Positions 38,145 to 48,171 of a stretch of DNA of 64,000 nt are shown in pieces; within the stretch, counting starts at the first letter, position 1; each line of letters starts with the position of its first letter. The position numbers and the translations under genes were made by a program. Origin of the DNA: an uncultured Candidatus Saccharibacteria bacterium (GTDB lineage Bacteria > Patescibacteriota > UBA1384 > CAYJQE01). Location of the stretch: assembly GCA_964372245.1 (NCBI GenBank), contig CAYJQE010000002.1, positions 206 to 64,205 of the forward strand. The letters are read 5' to 3'. A model generated the notes under the pieces. The model searched no databases. It was not told the origin of the DNA and worked only from the letters and a program-made list of their open reading frames with translations.

Positions 38145-40487
38145 TCATGGCAAAATCTCGATCTCAAAAGTCGCGGTCTCGCCAAACCAGTGAGAGTTCT
38201 CGGTTAGCAGTTGGAACGATTCTGAATACCGCCCGACCGGCCCGCTGGCCGTCAAGAGCAGCTCAAAAGCTCCGATTTGCCCGGGTTCGACAACCGCTTC
38301 GTTCAGGCCCGGCCCTCGATTGGTTGTCCCGATGAAAAAGCTCAACCGGTCTCTCGGTCTGGCCGTGCCGAGTCGAACCGGCGCTAAACCGGTCTTTTGC
38401 CAAGCCGCGCCGCCGGTGTTTTGAAATTGAACAAAAACCCAAACAGTCTCTCCCTGCCTGATTTTTATTGGGGCGCTTGTCGTTCCTCCGCTTTGCTTGA
38501 CGACTCGACTGTCATGAGGCGGAACACTGAAATGAAGTTCAAAAATCGTACCAAACCAGCTTTTGCCTTCGGCTAAGAGCTGGACCGGTTCTCGGTAGAG
38601 GCCGGGGGCGAGTGGGGCGGCGAAAGAGAATTCAAAGCCGGCCGTCTGGTTGCGACCGACCAACTCCTCGTTGACCGTGGCGAGGCGGTTGCTCTGAAAG
38701 ACCGAACTGATCCGGTCGGTCGGACCTTGGGTGCCAAGTCTGACCGGGGCTGAAGATTTTTGCCACGCTCCGCCATCGTTCTTCATCGCCACCCAACCGT
38801 TTAAGATCTGACCGGGCGAGAGCTCGATTCGGTTGTTTTGACCGAGACTCGAAGCGATAAATGAACCTTTCAAGCCTTCGATAGAGATCGGGATTTCGAT
38901 CGTCGTTCCAAAATAGGCACCGTTTTCCTCAACGAGCTGAAATTTTTCCAGAGCCTCGCCCGATTGAAGATCGGTTGAGAGAGTGATCGGAAACTCGCCG
39001 GTTTGGTTGCTTTGAGTTCGCTCTTTGACTGCCGCCAGTCGGGTGAGATTCTTGGTGAAGGCCGATTTTCGATCATTTGGCGCCGCCGTGCCGATAAGAA
39101 TTCGGGACGAACCGCCGGACAACCAAGCCCCAGAGCCAATATTTTTGAGTCTGACTGTCAGCTTGGTCTCGGTGTCGGGCGATAGATAAAGTCGGCCGTC
39201 GTCGGAAAGTCCGACGATTTCAAGAAGCTTGGCGTCGAGTCTTGGTCGGTCGTCAACCAAGGAGAGCAGGTCGATCCGGCCGGAGCCATATTCATCGGTT
39301 CTAGAACTCTCGCCCATGCCGGAAACTCGTTCGGCGTTGTCTTTCAGTCGTTGTTCGATTTGAGAGACCGAGAGCGAGGGTTTGTGGTCAAGGATCAGGC
39401 TGACGGCGCCGGCGACGATTGAGGCCGAGAGCGACGTTCCGGATGACGACCCATAGGCGGTGTCGCTGGAATTCGAAGTCGTCATTATCTCGAGACCGGG
39501 GGCGATCAGGTCGAGCTTTTCGCCTTTGTTTGAGAAATGGAGTCTTTCGTCGGAGCGATTGGAAGCTCCGACGCTGATCACTTCATCATATCGGGCCGGG
39601 AAGGCCAGCTCGCCGCCCGAATTGCCGGCAGCGGCAACCACAACGATGCCGTCTCGAATTGCGTCTTTGATCGTGTCGAGAAGAGAGCCCGAGGCGCTGG
39701 CGCCGCCGAGCGAGAGATTGATGATTTTCGCCCCGTTCTTTCTGGCGTAGCTGATGCCGGCGATCAGGTCGCTCTCGACTCCTTCACCCTTGTCGTTAAG
39801 AACCTTGATCGGCATGACTTTGGCGCCATGGGAGACGGCGGCGATTCCCTTGGAGTTTCCGGTTGATGCGGCGGCCACGCCGCCAACCCTTGTCCCGTGG
39901 CCGTTGTCGTCCGAGGGATCGCCGTCCCCATTGACAAAATCATAACCCTGACGGTCGTCAACATAACCGTTGCCGTCGTCATCAATCCCGTTGCCGGCTA
40001 TCTCTTTTTCATTCGTCCAGATCTTCGCCTTGAGGTCCTCGTGGCTCAATCTGACCCCGGTGTCAATGACGGCGACGATGTCGCCTCGGCCGGTTTTTTG
40101 ATCCCAAGCCTCCTTGGCCCGAATTTTCTCCAAGTACCACTGATCGCCGATCTGCGAATCATCGGGCGTCAAAAAAGCCTGAAAGCGATGGTCGGGACTA
40201 AAGTCCTCGATTTCGCTGTCAAAAGGGATGAAAATCTTTCGCCAGCGCCCTCTGGCCGGGATCTTGATCGAATAGACATGCTCGCCAATTTTTTCGATCG
40301 AGTCTTTGGCCGCCCCGATTTTCTTGAGTTTTCGCGGCGCGTCCGCTTTGCCGTCGAGCTTGACGATATAACCGCCGGCCGAGTCGACTTGAGCCGAGAC
40401 CATGGCCGGCCAGCCGAAGATTATGAGACTGAAAGCGACCGACAGGCCGGCTAGTAATTTAAGTTTCGATTCCGCCCGATCCGTCAT
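38145..40487 (-). CDS. Secreted subtilisin-like serine protease (peptidase S8) with C-terminal ~100-aa repeat domains
   Basis: Catalytic triad blocks 'VAVIDTGV', 'HGTRVGGVAA', 'SGTSLSASIVAGA'. Signal peptide after ATG 40487 (ATGA overlap with upstream gene). Three C-terminal repeats with 'NxGGAAWQK...PVRLGT..P.DR.S.F' pattern. Confidence 0.8.
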   Translation of the reverse strand: MTDRAESKLKLLAGLSVAFSLIIFGWPAMVSAQVDSAGGYIVKLDGKADAPRKLKKIGAAKDSIEKIGEHVYSIKIPARGRWRKIFIPFDSEIEDFSPDHRFQAFLTPDDSQIGDQWYLEKIRAKEAWDQKTGRGDIVAVIDTGVRLSHEDLKAKIWTNEKEIAGNGIDDDGNGYVDDRQGYDFVNGDGDPSDDNGHGTRVGGVAAASTGNSKGIAAVSHGAKVMPIKVLNDKGEGVESDLIAGISYARKNGAKIINLSLGGASASGSLLDTIKDAIRDGIVVVAAAGNSGGELAFPARYDEVISVGASNRSDERLHFSNKGEKLDLIAPGLEIMTTSNSSDTAYGSSSGTSLSASIVAGAVSLILDHKPSLSVSQIEQRLKDNAERVSGMGESSRTDEYGSGRIDLLSLVDDRPRLDAKLLEIVGLSDDGRLYLSPDTETKLTVRLKNIGSGAWLSGGSSRILIGTAAPNDRKSAFTKNLTRLAAVKERTQSNQTGEFPITLSTDLQSGEALEKFQLVEENGAYFGTTIEIPISIEGLKGSFIASSLGQNNRIELSPGQILNGWVAMKNDGGAWQKSSAPVRLGTQGPTDRISSVFQSNRLATVNEELVGRNQTAGFEFSFAAPLAPGLYREPVQLLAEGKSWFGTIFELHFSVPPHDSRVVKQSGGTTSAPIKIRQGETVWVFVQFQNTGGAAWQKTGLAPVRLGTARPRDRLSFFIGTTNRGPGLNEAVVEPGQIGAFELLLTASGPVGRYSESFQLLTENSHWFGETATFEIEILP

Positions 40488-42268
40488 TGCTCGACGATTA
40501 TTTCGAAGCTGACTAATGGGCCGAACCACATCGAGCCTTCGGCCACTGGCTGGAAAGTTTCGCGGTAGCGGCCTGGTTTTTCCGGCGCGGTGATCAGAAA
40601 CTCGAAAGAGCCAACCTCTCCCGGCCGGACAATCGGCTCGTTGATCGTGTCCGTCCGATTGCTCGTTCCGATGAAGAAACTTAACCGATCTTGAGGGGCC
40701 TGGCTGCCGAGTTTGGTTGGGGTCGGACCCACCTTGCGCCAGGTCGGGATACCAGTGTTTCGATACTGAACCCAGACGGTTTTCTGTTCACCCGGCTTGA
40801 GTCGGATCGGATCGGCCCATCCGCCGCCGCTCTGGGCGTGAAAGGCGGCTTGGAAAGGCTCGACGACGATCGAGACCGTCTCGGCCGTTCCAAACCAAGA
40901 GTAGCCCTCGGCCAACGGTCTCAAGATTTCCTGGTAGGAGCCGGGGGCGAGAGGAGCGGTGATCGGGAATTCGAAGGCGCCGACCTGATTTTGATTGACA
41001 ACCGATTCATTGAGCGAACCGGCCCGGTTTGAGCCGTTCAAGAAAACGCTTCTTCGATCCCTTGGGATATCGGTTCCGAGTTTGACCGGAAATCGCCCTT
41101 CTTTGATCCAAGGAGCCGAGCCGGTGTTATAAAACTGAAGCCAGATGTTGGTTGTTTGACCGGGTTGGAGATGAATTTTGCCGTCGGCCGAAAGCGGGCC
41201 TTTGGCATAGGGCAGAGCGTTGAATCCGCCGACCGGAATAGTGTAACCGATCGCTTCCGGACCGAACCAATACAGGCCCTCGGCCAGAAGGCCATAAAAT
41301 TCGGTGTAGAGACCCGGTTTTTCCGGAGCGGTGGCGAAAAAGCTAAATGAGCCAATTTCACCCGGTCCGACCTGATCCTGGTTGAGATAGGCGACTCGAG
41401 TCGCCCGATTGCCAAAGAGGCTTTGGCCGTCTCTTGGCTTAGAGACTCCCAACCGGACCGGGTTTTGTCCCTCTCTCTGCCAGGTCTTGCCGCCGGTGTT
41501 TCTAAGCCTGATTTTCAGCTCAAACTGTTCGCCCGGCGGGACAGTAACATCAAAAGCGCCGAAGCCTTGATATGGTTCTTGCGAGACGAGTTCGGCGCTG
41601 TAGATCTCGAACCAGCCGGTGAAAAGATTGTAAAAGCTTCGGTTGCCGCTTAGGTAGGGGGTGTAAGAATAGAGGCTGGCGGTCGCTCGGTTGCTGATGG
41701 TGATGGTTGTTGTTTTGGAATCGGAACTCGAATTTTGAATCGGGCACTGATCGCCGACCCTGCAGCCGTTGGTCGAGAGGCTGGAATCATATCGAGCTTT
41801 AAGAATCTCGGCTCCCTTCTCGACTTGAGTGGCGAATCCGCCGGCGTAAAGAGAGTTGCTCGGATCAATATAGGGACTGCCGGCATAGACGCCGAAGCCC
41901 ATAGCGAAGTCGAGTTGATAGTCGGAAGGCGAAGAGCTGGCGACCAAACTCTGTTCCTTCTGAAGGGTGGCAAGAATAACCTGGGGGTTTAGGCCATATT
42001 TCAAGCCGGCGGCGTGAATGACCTCGGAGGCTTTCCGGCCGGCCGATTTCAAACGGCTCGGCTCGGTCTTTTGAAGACCGCCGCGATCGTTTAAGAACTT
42101 GGCGATGTCGGCCTCGTGCATCGTCGTCAAGGCGATAAAGAGGTTGTCGTCAATGATTCGGTTTGGGTCAAAGCTTGAGGCTCGGGCCAATTTGACGGTT
42201 GACGAAAAAAGGCCAGCCAGAATCAATCCGGCCAGGATCGGAATCGAAAAATAAAGGCGCTTTTTCAT
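40484..42268 (-). CDS. Secreted surface protein: N-terminal possible glucosaminidase-like region plus 4 copies of a ~100-aa beta-sandwich-like repeat shared with the downstream protease
   Basis: Signal peptide 'MKKRLYFSIPILAGLILAGLF'. Repeats each contain 'NTG...W...G..PV(R/K)LG...P.DR.S.F....NR...........V.PGE.G.F.F...AP..PG.Y.E.....AEG..WFG'. Confidence 0.55.
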   Translation of the reverse strand: MKKRLYFSIPILAGLILAGLFSSTVKLARASSFDPNRIIDDNLFIALTTMHEADIAKFLNDRGGLQKTEPSRLKSAGRKASEVIHAAGLKYGLNPQVILATLQKEQSLVASSSPSDYQLDFAMGFGVYAGSPYIDPSNSLYAGGFATQVEKGAEILKARYDSSLSTNGCRVGDQCPIQNSSSDSKTTTITISNRATASLYSYTPYLSGNRSFYNLFTGWFEIYSAELVSQEPYQGFGAFDVTVPPGEQFELKIRLRNTGGKTWQREGQNPVRLGVSKPRDGQSLFGNRATRVAYLNQDQVGPGEIGSFSFFATAPEKPGLYTEFYGLLAEGLYWFGPEAIGYTIPVGGFNALPYAKGPLSADGKIHLQPGQTTNIWLQFYNTGSAPWIKEGRFPVKLGTDIPRDRRSVFLNGSNRAGSLNESVVNQNQVGAFEFPITAPLAPGSYQEILRPLAEGYSWFGTAETVSIVVEPFQAAFHAQSGGGWADPIRLKPGEQKTVWVQYRNTGIPTWRKVGPTPTKLGSQAPQDRLSFFIGTSNRTDTINEPIVRPGEVGSFEFLITAPEKPGRYRETFQPVAEGSMWFGPLVSFEIIVEQ

Positions 42269-42428
42269 CCTGATACAATTCAGTTTATCGGATTTTTAGT
42301 TCTTTGACTGACGGCGAAAGAAAGACCGGCTCTTTCGATCAAAATGACTGGTTTGAGAAAACCATGGAGGCCGATCGGGCTCGTTCAACTTCTCCCTAGT
42401 GGCTTCGAAGGGATGGACAAGGTGGCTA

Positions 42429-43733
42429 TCACTCGTTGGTCGCCTTTCTTGAATACCAGTCGGCGATCACCTTTTGAGCCGGTTTGCCCCGAACCCCCTC
42501 CTCGTCCGAGTACCGACTCGATTTATCCCAGTAATCCTCACCCCAAAAGAAGATGCCGTCAATTAGACCCGGCTCTTGGTCAATAACATTAAAGAGCGCC
42601 TGATGAACATTGGCCTGTTGCTCCATCGCGTCGTCAATTTGATTTGAATTTCGATCGGTCAGCTTTCTTTCCAAGAGATTGTTCGGCTCGGGTCGGTCGT
42701 CGGTTAGCGGACCGTCATAACCGGCGTATAAACTGGTTTTGTTTAAGTACTCGAGAAAAACGATCGGCTTGTCCGGAAACTCCTTTTTCAGGGGTAAAAG
42801 ATACTCGGTTAGAATCTTTTTCCAGCCGGCCTCAAGCTTGGTCAAAGAGGTAACGGTCTCGGGCGGATCGGTCAAGGGACTGAAATAGGCGCTTATACCA
42901 ATTAAGTCAAAATCAAGGTCCCGCCAGAGCGATCTGATCGCCTCCGGATCGGGATGTTTTGGTGTGTAGGCGAACGAGTGGGAATCGTAGCTGACTTTGC
43001 CATTAAAGACCTGTCTGACTCGTTTTATCATCTCGGCCAGCTCTCTTTTGTAACCGCCCGGTTGGCCGCCCAACTCTCGGGTTCGGAAAAGGCCCTCGGT
43101 CTCCGTCCCCAAGGAAAAGAGTGAAACTCCCTCGTCGCTGGCAATTTGCGCAAAATGAACCGCCTGATCAGCGTAGCTCTGCCAAAACTCTTGAACGAAC
43201 CGTTTGTGATCCGGGTGGTCAGGATTCCAAGGCCAGTCGTTTCGATCTTGAAGCGCGCCGAGCTGGGAGCGATGGTAGGGGTGATCTTTGGCTTTTTTGG
43301 CGTCTTCAAAAGCCAAGGTCAGATAGACCTGAAAGTTATGATGTCGAAGCTCTTTGATCAATCTCCTTAACTCGTCGTCTCGGTAGGTTGGGATATCGAT
43401 TGCCTGATACTTTCTCTCAACCGTTGAGTCGAGACTGTCATCTACATAAAGGGCAACCGAAATGCCGACCCAGTTAACGCCCAGATCGCGGAGATACTCA
43501 AAATATTCTTGATCGAGTGACGAAACTAGGCGCTGGTTGAAGTCGCCTAAGACACCCATGTGGGCTCCTCTCATAAAGCTTGAGTTCTCGACCTCTTTGA
43601 TCTGCCAGTTATCGTTTCTCGGTTGGTTTCGGCCCGAAGACCTTTTAAGGAAAAAGAGGCCGGTTGAAACCGAAATCCCGACGATCAAGATTATCAAGAC
43701 TGGGTAGGTCAGAAAAAACTTATTCCGTTTCAC
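42429..43733 (-). CDS. Membrane-anchored TIM-barrel glycoside hydrolase-like protein (GH5/GH113-like)
   Basis: N-terminal TM anchor. 'DLGVNWVGISVALYVD', 'LFSLGTETE', 'IVFLEYLN' blocks reminiscent of clan GH-A (two catalytic Glu). First gene of the three-gene minus-strand operon. Confidence 0.5.
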   Translation of the reverse strand: MKRNKFFLTYPVLIILIVGISVSTGLFFLKRSSGRNQPRNDNWQIKEVENSSFMRGAHMGVLGDFNQRLVSSLDQEYFEYLRDLGVNWVGISVALYVDDSLDSTVERKYQAIDIPTYRDDELRRLIKELRHHNFQVYLTLAFEDAKKAKDHPYHRSQLGALQDRNDWPWNPDHPDHKRFVQEFWQSYADQAVHFAQIASDEGVSLFSLGTETEGLFRTRELGGQPGGYKRELAEMIKRVRQVFNGKVSYDSHSFAYTPKHPDPEAIRSLWRDLDFDLIGISAYFSPLTDPPETVTSLTKLEAGWKKILTEYLLPLKKEFPDKPIVFLEYLNKTSLYAGYDGPLTDDRPEPNNLLERKLTDRNSNQIDDAMEQQANVHQALFNVIDQEPGLIDGIFFWGEDYWDKSSRYSDEEGVRGKPAQKVIADWYSRKATNE

Positions 43734-43958
43734 TCTTGGCCCGCCTCGTCCGGTTGAAGGGGTTTTCGATCTGGCTGGTTGGGAAAAATTTTGATTGACT
43801 CCATCCAGTCCTCATTATAGTCGTATTTTTTGATCGCTCTTTCAGTTTGGGGTCGGCGGATTCTGTCGGCCCGAGCCGGTGAGGCTTGAGAGGAGGGTCG
43901 AAGAAAGGGCTTCAGAGGCCTTTTACTCCCGACTCCAGCTTTTTGCTAGACTTGAGGA

Positions 43959-45434
43959 GTGTTAGAGAAGGAACCGGCTTTAAAAGTCAATCTGCCTCAA
44001 AAAATCGCCTTCAACGCCGCCGCTCAATTTATCGGCCGCGGTCTTGGTCTTTTGGTCTCGATCGTCTCGGTCGGCTTTATTACTCGCTATCTCGGCGTCT
44101 CGGGCTACGGCCAGTACGCGGCAATCTTTGCCTACGCCGCCTTTTTCGGGACAATTGCCGATTTCGGCATGTCTTGGATCTTCGTTCGGGAGCTCTCTTT
44201 GGCCAGACATCAAGATCGGGGCCGGCTGCTCTCATCTTATATCTGGTTTAGGTTGTTAAGCGCCTTGACTGTTCTTTTGGCCGGCCTTCTGATCCTCCCC
44301 CTCTTTCACTACGAAAGGATCGTCTGGCAAGGGGTTATCCTTGCCATGCTTAGCGCCTTTTTTGGTCTAATAAACGGCGCCTTCGTCTCGGTCTTCCAAG
44401 CTGAATTGAGGATGCACATTCCGGTTTCAACCGAGCTTATTGGCCGAATCCTGGCTCTTTTGGGGGTAATTTACGTCTCGGCCTTCAATCTCGGTCTTTT
44501 AGCTCTGGTTTTTGCCTCGATCTTAGCGATCGCGGTCAACCTCGCCCTCAATATTTTTCTGATCAGCAAAGGCGTAAAAGTTAATCTCAAGCCCGATTTT
44601 CAACTTCTCAAGGGGCTTTTTCGAGAGACCGCGGTCATGGGTTTGGTGGTAATTTTGGGTCTTGTCTATTTCAAGATTGATCTGATCATGCTCTCGGTCA
44701 TGAAGCCAAGTTTTGACCTCGGGATTTATGGCGCCGGCTATAAGCTCTTTGAGGTCGCTCTGGCCGTGCCGGCTCTTTTTCTGGGCGTTGTTTTACCGCC
44801 CCTGACCCGAAGTCTTAAAGAGAGTCATTCAAGAACCAGGACGATAATTCAACACGCCTTCGACGCCCTCTCTTTCTTAGCCGTTCTCTTTTTCATCATC
44901 GTTCTTGCCCGAAGTCGGGAGCTGGTTTTAGCGATCGCTGGCGACGAGTTTGTCTCCCGAGGCTCGGTCAGTCTTTTTGGCCAGCTGGTAACTTCAGCCG
45001 TTGTTCTTCAGATATTGAGCTTCGCTGGCTTCGTCTCTTATATCTCCCATCTTTTTGGGACGATTGTCGTTGCTATGCGGGATCAAAAAATTCTACTTTT
45101 TATCAATCTCGGCGCCGTCTTGGTCAATGTTGGCTTGAATTATCTCCTTATCCCCAGCTACTCTTATCTCGCCGCCGCTCTAGTAACCGTTCTGACCGAG
45201 ATTGTCGCCTTTGTCGCCACTGTTTATGTCGTTAGCCGCCGGCTGGCCTTTCTGCCAAGATCGAATCGTTTGGTCGTCAATCTGCTGGCCGGCGTTCTTG
45301 GCTTTCTGGTCATGTCGGCCAATCTGCCTTGGCTGGTCGCTCTTGTCCTTGGTTTGTTGGTCTATCTTGTTGTTGGCCTCGGTTTGGGCGGCTTTGACGC
45401 CAATGTTCTCCGGGGCGCGCTCGGTCGCCGATAG
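43959..45434 (+). CDS. wzx: Wzx-type polysaccharide flippase (MOP superfamily)
   Basis: 491 aa, ~14 TM. N-terminal 'KIAFNAAAQFIGRGLGLLVSIVSVGFITRYLGVSGYGQYAAIFAY' typical of PST/Wzx family. GTG start. Confidence 0.7.
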   Translation: MLEKEPALKVNLPQKIAFNAAAQFIGRGLGLLVSIVSVGFITRYLGVSGYGQYAAIFAYAAFFGTIADFGMSWIFVRELSLARHQDRGRLLSSYIWFRLLSALTVLLAGLLILPLFHYERIVWQGVILAMLSAFFGLINGAFVSVFQAELRMHIPVSTELIGRILALLGVIYVSAFNLGLLALVFASILAIAVNLALNIFLISKGVKVNLKPDFQLLKGLFRETAVMGLVVILGLVYFKIDLIMLSVMKPSFDLGIYGAGYKLFEVALAVPALFLGVVLPPLTRSLKESHSRTRTIIQHAFDALSFLAVLFFIIVLARSRELVLAIAGDEFVSRGSVSLFGQLVTSAVVLQILSFAGFVSYISHLFGTIVVAMRDQKILLFINLGAVLVNVGLNYLLIPSYSYLAAALVTVLTEIVAFVATVYVVSRRLAFLPRSNRLVVNLLAGVLGFLVMSANLPWLVALVLGLLVYLVVGLGLGGFDANVLRGALGRR

Positions 45435-45591
45435 GGCAAGATCGAAAATGAGCGATCGAGAATTAGGGCGGAGTTTAAAAACTTTTTTTTCGACTCGGGC
45501 TTTTAGTTTAGAATTGAATCGGCGATTCTCGGATTGAGAGTAACAGCTTTTTAGCGGGGGAAATTGTGATCGAAAGGACCGGATTTAACCG

Positions 45592-46791
45592 ATGAGAGTG
45601 GGCGTTGATATCTCTTGGGCGATCAACGAGCGGGCCGGCGTTGGCCGATACTCTTACGAGCTGGTCGCTCATCAGCTAAAAATTCGGTCTCGGCCGGAGT
45701 TCGAGTTTTTCGCCTCATTTTTGAGCCAGAGGAAGGAGAAACGGGAAAGACTCAAGAGTTTGATTGGCCGGGAAAGGGATCGGGTGACTGAGATCCTTGT
45801 CCCCGGCCGGCTAAAAGAGCTCTTCTTTAGTCAAAGAATCTTCGATCCTTTGCCCCTTTTCTTCCGAAACTCACTCGATCTCTATCACGCCCACACAATT
45901 CAGGCCTTTCCGCTTCTAAAGAGCGCCAAAGCGCCGGCGGCAAAAGACGGGACCGGCCTAAAGGTCTTAACGGTTCACGATCTCTCCTATATTCACTTCC
46001 CCGATCATCTTGGTCGAAAGATCAGTCGCCGGTTTGAGATTCAAACTCGGGCGGCGGCGGAGATTGCCGATCTGATTATCTGCGATTCAAGGGCGACCGA
46101 GCGGGATCTTCATCGGGAAATTAAGATCAGCCGAAACAAAACCGAGACAATTTTGCTCGGCGCGAGCGAAAAATTTCGGCCCCTTCGCCGACCAGTCGAT
46201 CGGGCAAAAATCCGACGGAAGCTTAAGTTGCCAAAAGAGTTTATATTGTTCGTCGGCAGCCTTGAACCGCGGAAAAACCTAGTTTCGCTCATCAGGGCCT
46301 TTTCCGAGTTGCCGACCGGACTTCGAAAGAGCTATCCCTTGGTGATCGCCGGTGGTCGGGGCTGGAATAATAGCGATATTTGGCGGGAGGCGAAAGAGTT
46401 TGTTGCCTCGGGCCTGATAAGATTTCTCTCTTTCGTTGAAGACGACGATCTACCCGGCCTTTACAGCCTTTCAACGGTTTTCGCTTACCTGCCATTGCTT
46501 GAGGGTTTTGGTTTGCCACCGCTCGAGGCGATGAGTTGCGGCCGGCCGGTCTTGACCAGCAACCGATCTTCACTGCCCGAGGTCGTCGGTCGGGCCGGTC
46601 TTTTTGCCGACCCGAAAGATCATCAAGAGATCGCCAGCAAGCTTAAAGAGCTGCTCGAAAACGAGAAACTTCGGAGCCGGCTTGGGTTGATGGCCAGAGC
46701 TCGGGCTAAACGGTTCAGCTGGCGAAAAACGGCCGAGAAGACTCTTTTGGCTTACCAGCGAGTCTATCGGGAGAGTCAGGCTCGTTCTTAA
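45592..46791 (+). CDS. Family 4 glycosyltransferase
   Basis: 'EGFGLPPLEAMSCGRPVLTSNRSSLPEVVG' EX7E block. Confidence 0.8.
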   Translation: MRVGVDISWAINERAGVGRYSYELVAHQLKIRSRPEFEFFASFLSQRKEKRERLKSLIGRERDRVTEILVPGRLKELFFSQRIFDPLPLFFRNSLDLYHAHTIQAFPLLKSAKAPAAKDGTGLKVLTVHDLSYIHFPDHLGRKISRRFEIQTRAAAEIADLIICDSRATERDLHREIKISRNKTETILLGASEKFRPLRRPVDRAKIRRKLKLPKEFILFVGSLEPRKNLVSLIRAFSELPTGLRKSYPLVIAGGRGWNNSDIWREAKEFVASGLIRFLSFVEDDDLPGLYSLSTVFAYLPLLEGFGLPPLEAMSCGRPVLTSNRSSLPEVVGRAGLFADPKDHQEIASKLKELLENEKLRSRLGLMARARAKRFSWRKTAEKTLLAYQRVYRESQARS

Positions 46792-46926
46792 AGTTGACCG
46801 AGTGATTCCTTATTCCGACAAAAAAAGAGGCCGCGCCGGCTTTGCTTTTGATGTCTCGATCTCTTGTCGGCGGAATGGAAGCGGCCATCGTGATATCCGG
46901 CCCTCGTTCGATATGGCAATCTCTTA

Positions 46927-48024
46927 ATGGGCGGTGAGATGAAGGTTGCCATTGACGTCCAGACGACCGTTGGTCAGAAGGTTGGCATGGGCAGTTATGT
47001 CTCCAATCTTGTCAGATGGCTCAAAAAGATTGATCTTAAGAACGAATACCGACTTATCTCTCCGACTTCGGCCTCCGATCTCAACTCTCTTCGGCGATTT
47101 TTTTGGGATCAAGCTCGATTTCCCTTGAGAAGCCTAGAAGCTCGGGCCGAGATCGTTCACCAGCCGGCTTTTTCGGTTCCGATTCTTTTTCCAGGCAAAA
47201 AAGTGGTGACGATTCACGATCTCATCGTTTTTCATTTTCCGAAGAATATACCGCTCGGTTCAAGACTCTACTTTTCTCGCTGGATGACATTTTCTTATCG
47301 TTTTGCCGATGCCATTATCGCTGATTCGAATCACGCGAAGAAAGATATTGTCGAGCTTCTGAAGTTCGCGCCGGAAAAGATCAATGTCATACCGTTGGCG
47401 GCCAGCGAGACTTTCCGGCCGATTAGGGACAAGACCTTACTGGCTCGAATTCGCCATCGCTACCAAACCGGCGATCAATTCATTCTTCACGTCGGAACCT
47501 TGGAGCCCCGAAAAAATCTTGAGTTTCTGGTTAGGGTTTTTGCTGACTGCGTTCGGAATCGGCCGACTTTGGCGCACAATCTCGTTATTGCCGGAAAGGC
47601 CGGCTGGTATTTCGAGAATCTTTTTGAGTTGACCGAAAGGCTTGGTCTTAGTGATCGGGTCCGATTTACCGGTTATGTTCGAGAATTGGATCTGCCGACT
47701 CTCTACTCGGCGGCCGAGCTCTTTGTTTTTCCCTCGCTTTATGAAGGTTTTGGTTTGCCGCCGCTCGAAGCGATGGCTTCTGGCACGCCGGTCTTAGTTT
47801 CAAACAACTCTTCTCTGCCGGAGGTCGTCGGTCGGGCCGGTCTTTTGGTCGAGACCAACAACCGAACTGTTTGGCAGAAGGCGGTCGAAGGTCTGCTTTT
47901 AAATCGCTCGCTGCGAGCAAAAATGACCGAGGCCGGTCTTAAGCAAGCGGCCAGGTTCTCATGGCAAAAAACGGCCGAAAAAACGGTCGATGTCTATTCG
48001 GCTGTTGCGCGGAAGCCTGTCTAG
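46927..48024 (+). CDS. Family 4 glycosyltransferase
   Basis: 'EGFGLPPLEAMASGTPVLVSNNSSLPEVVG'. Confidence 0.8.
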   Translation: MGGEMKVAIDVQTTVGQKVGMGSYVSNLVRWLKKIDLKNEYRLISPTSASDLNSLRRFFWDQARFPLRSLEARAEIVHQPAFSVPILFPGKKVVTIHDLIVFHFPKNIPLGSRLYFSRWMTFSYRFADAIIADSNHAKKDIVELLKFAPEKINVIPLAASETFRPIRDKTLLARIRHRYQTGDQFILHVGTLEPRKNLEFLVRVFADCVRNRPTLAHNLVIAGKAGWYFENLFELTERLGLSDRVRFTGYVRELDLPTLYSAAELFVFPSLYEGFGLPPLEAMASGTPVLVSNNSSLPEVVGRAGLLVETNNRTVWQKAVEGLLLNRSLRAKMTEAGLKQAARFSWQKTAEKTVDVYSAVARKPV

Positions 48025-48171
48025 AAGCCGAGCCGTCCATCCGATCGGGTCTTTTTCCAAACGGCCAACCCGTTCTTATTTCTCGAAAAAGGGCCCTTGA
48101 GCTCGTGACAATTCATTCCCCAAAACCCACTTTTCGTCGTGGCCTCTGGTCTGTTCTGATAGCATAACGGG

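Noticed and set aside
43886-44251. 121-aa ORF overlapping the 5' end of the Wzx flippase in another frame
   Set aside because: Arg-rich wrong-frame translation. The flippase frame has coherent TM topology and family motifs.
48025-48171. Small hairpins (CCGATCGG palindrome; AACGG-CCAAC-CCGTT) after the GT4 gene ending at 48024
   Set aside because: Stems are only 4-5 bp with weak U-tracts, and the downstream gene is co-directional and probably co-transcribed. Insufficient to call a terminator.
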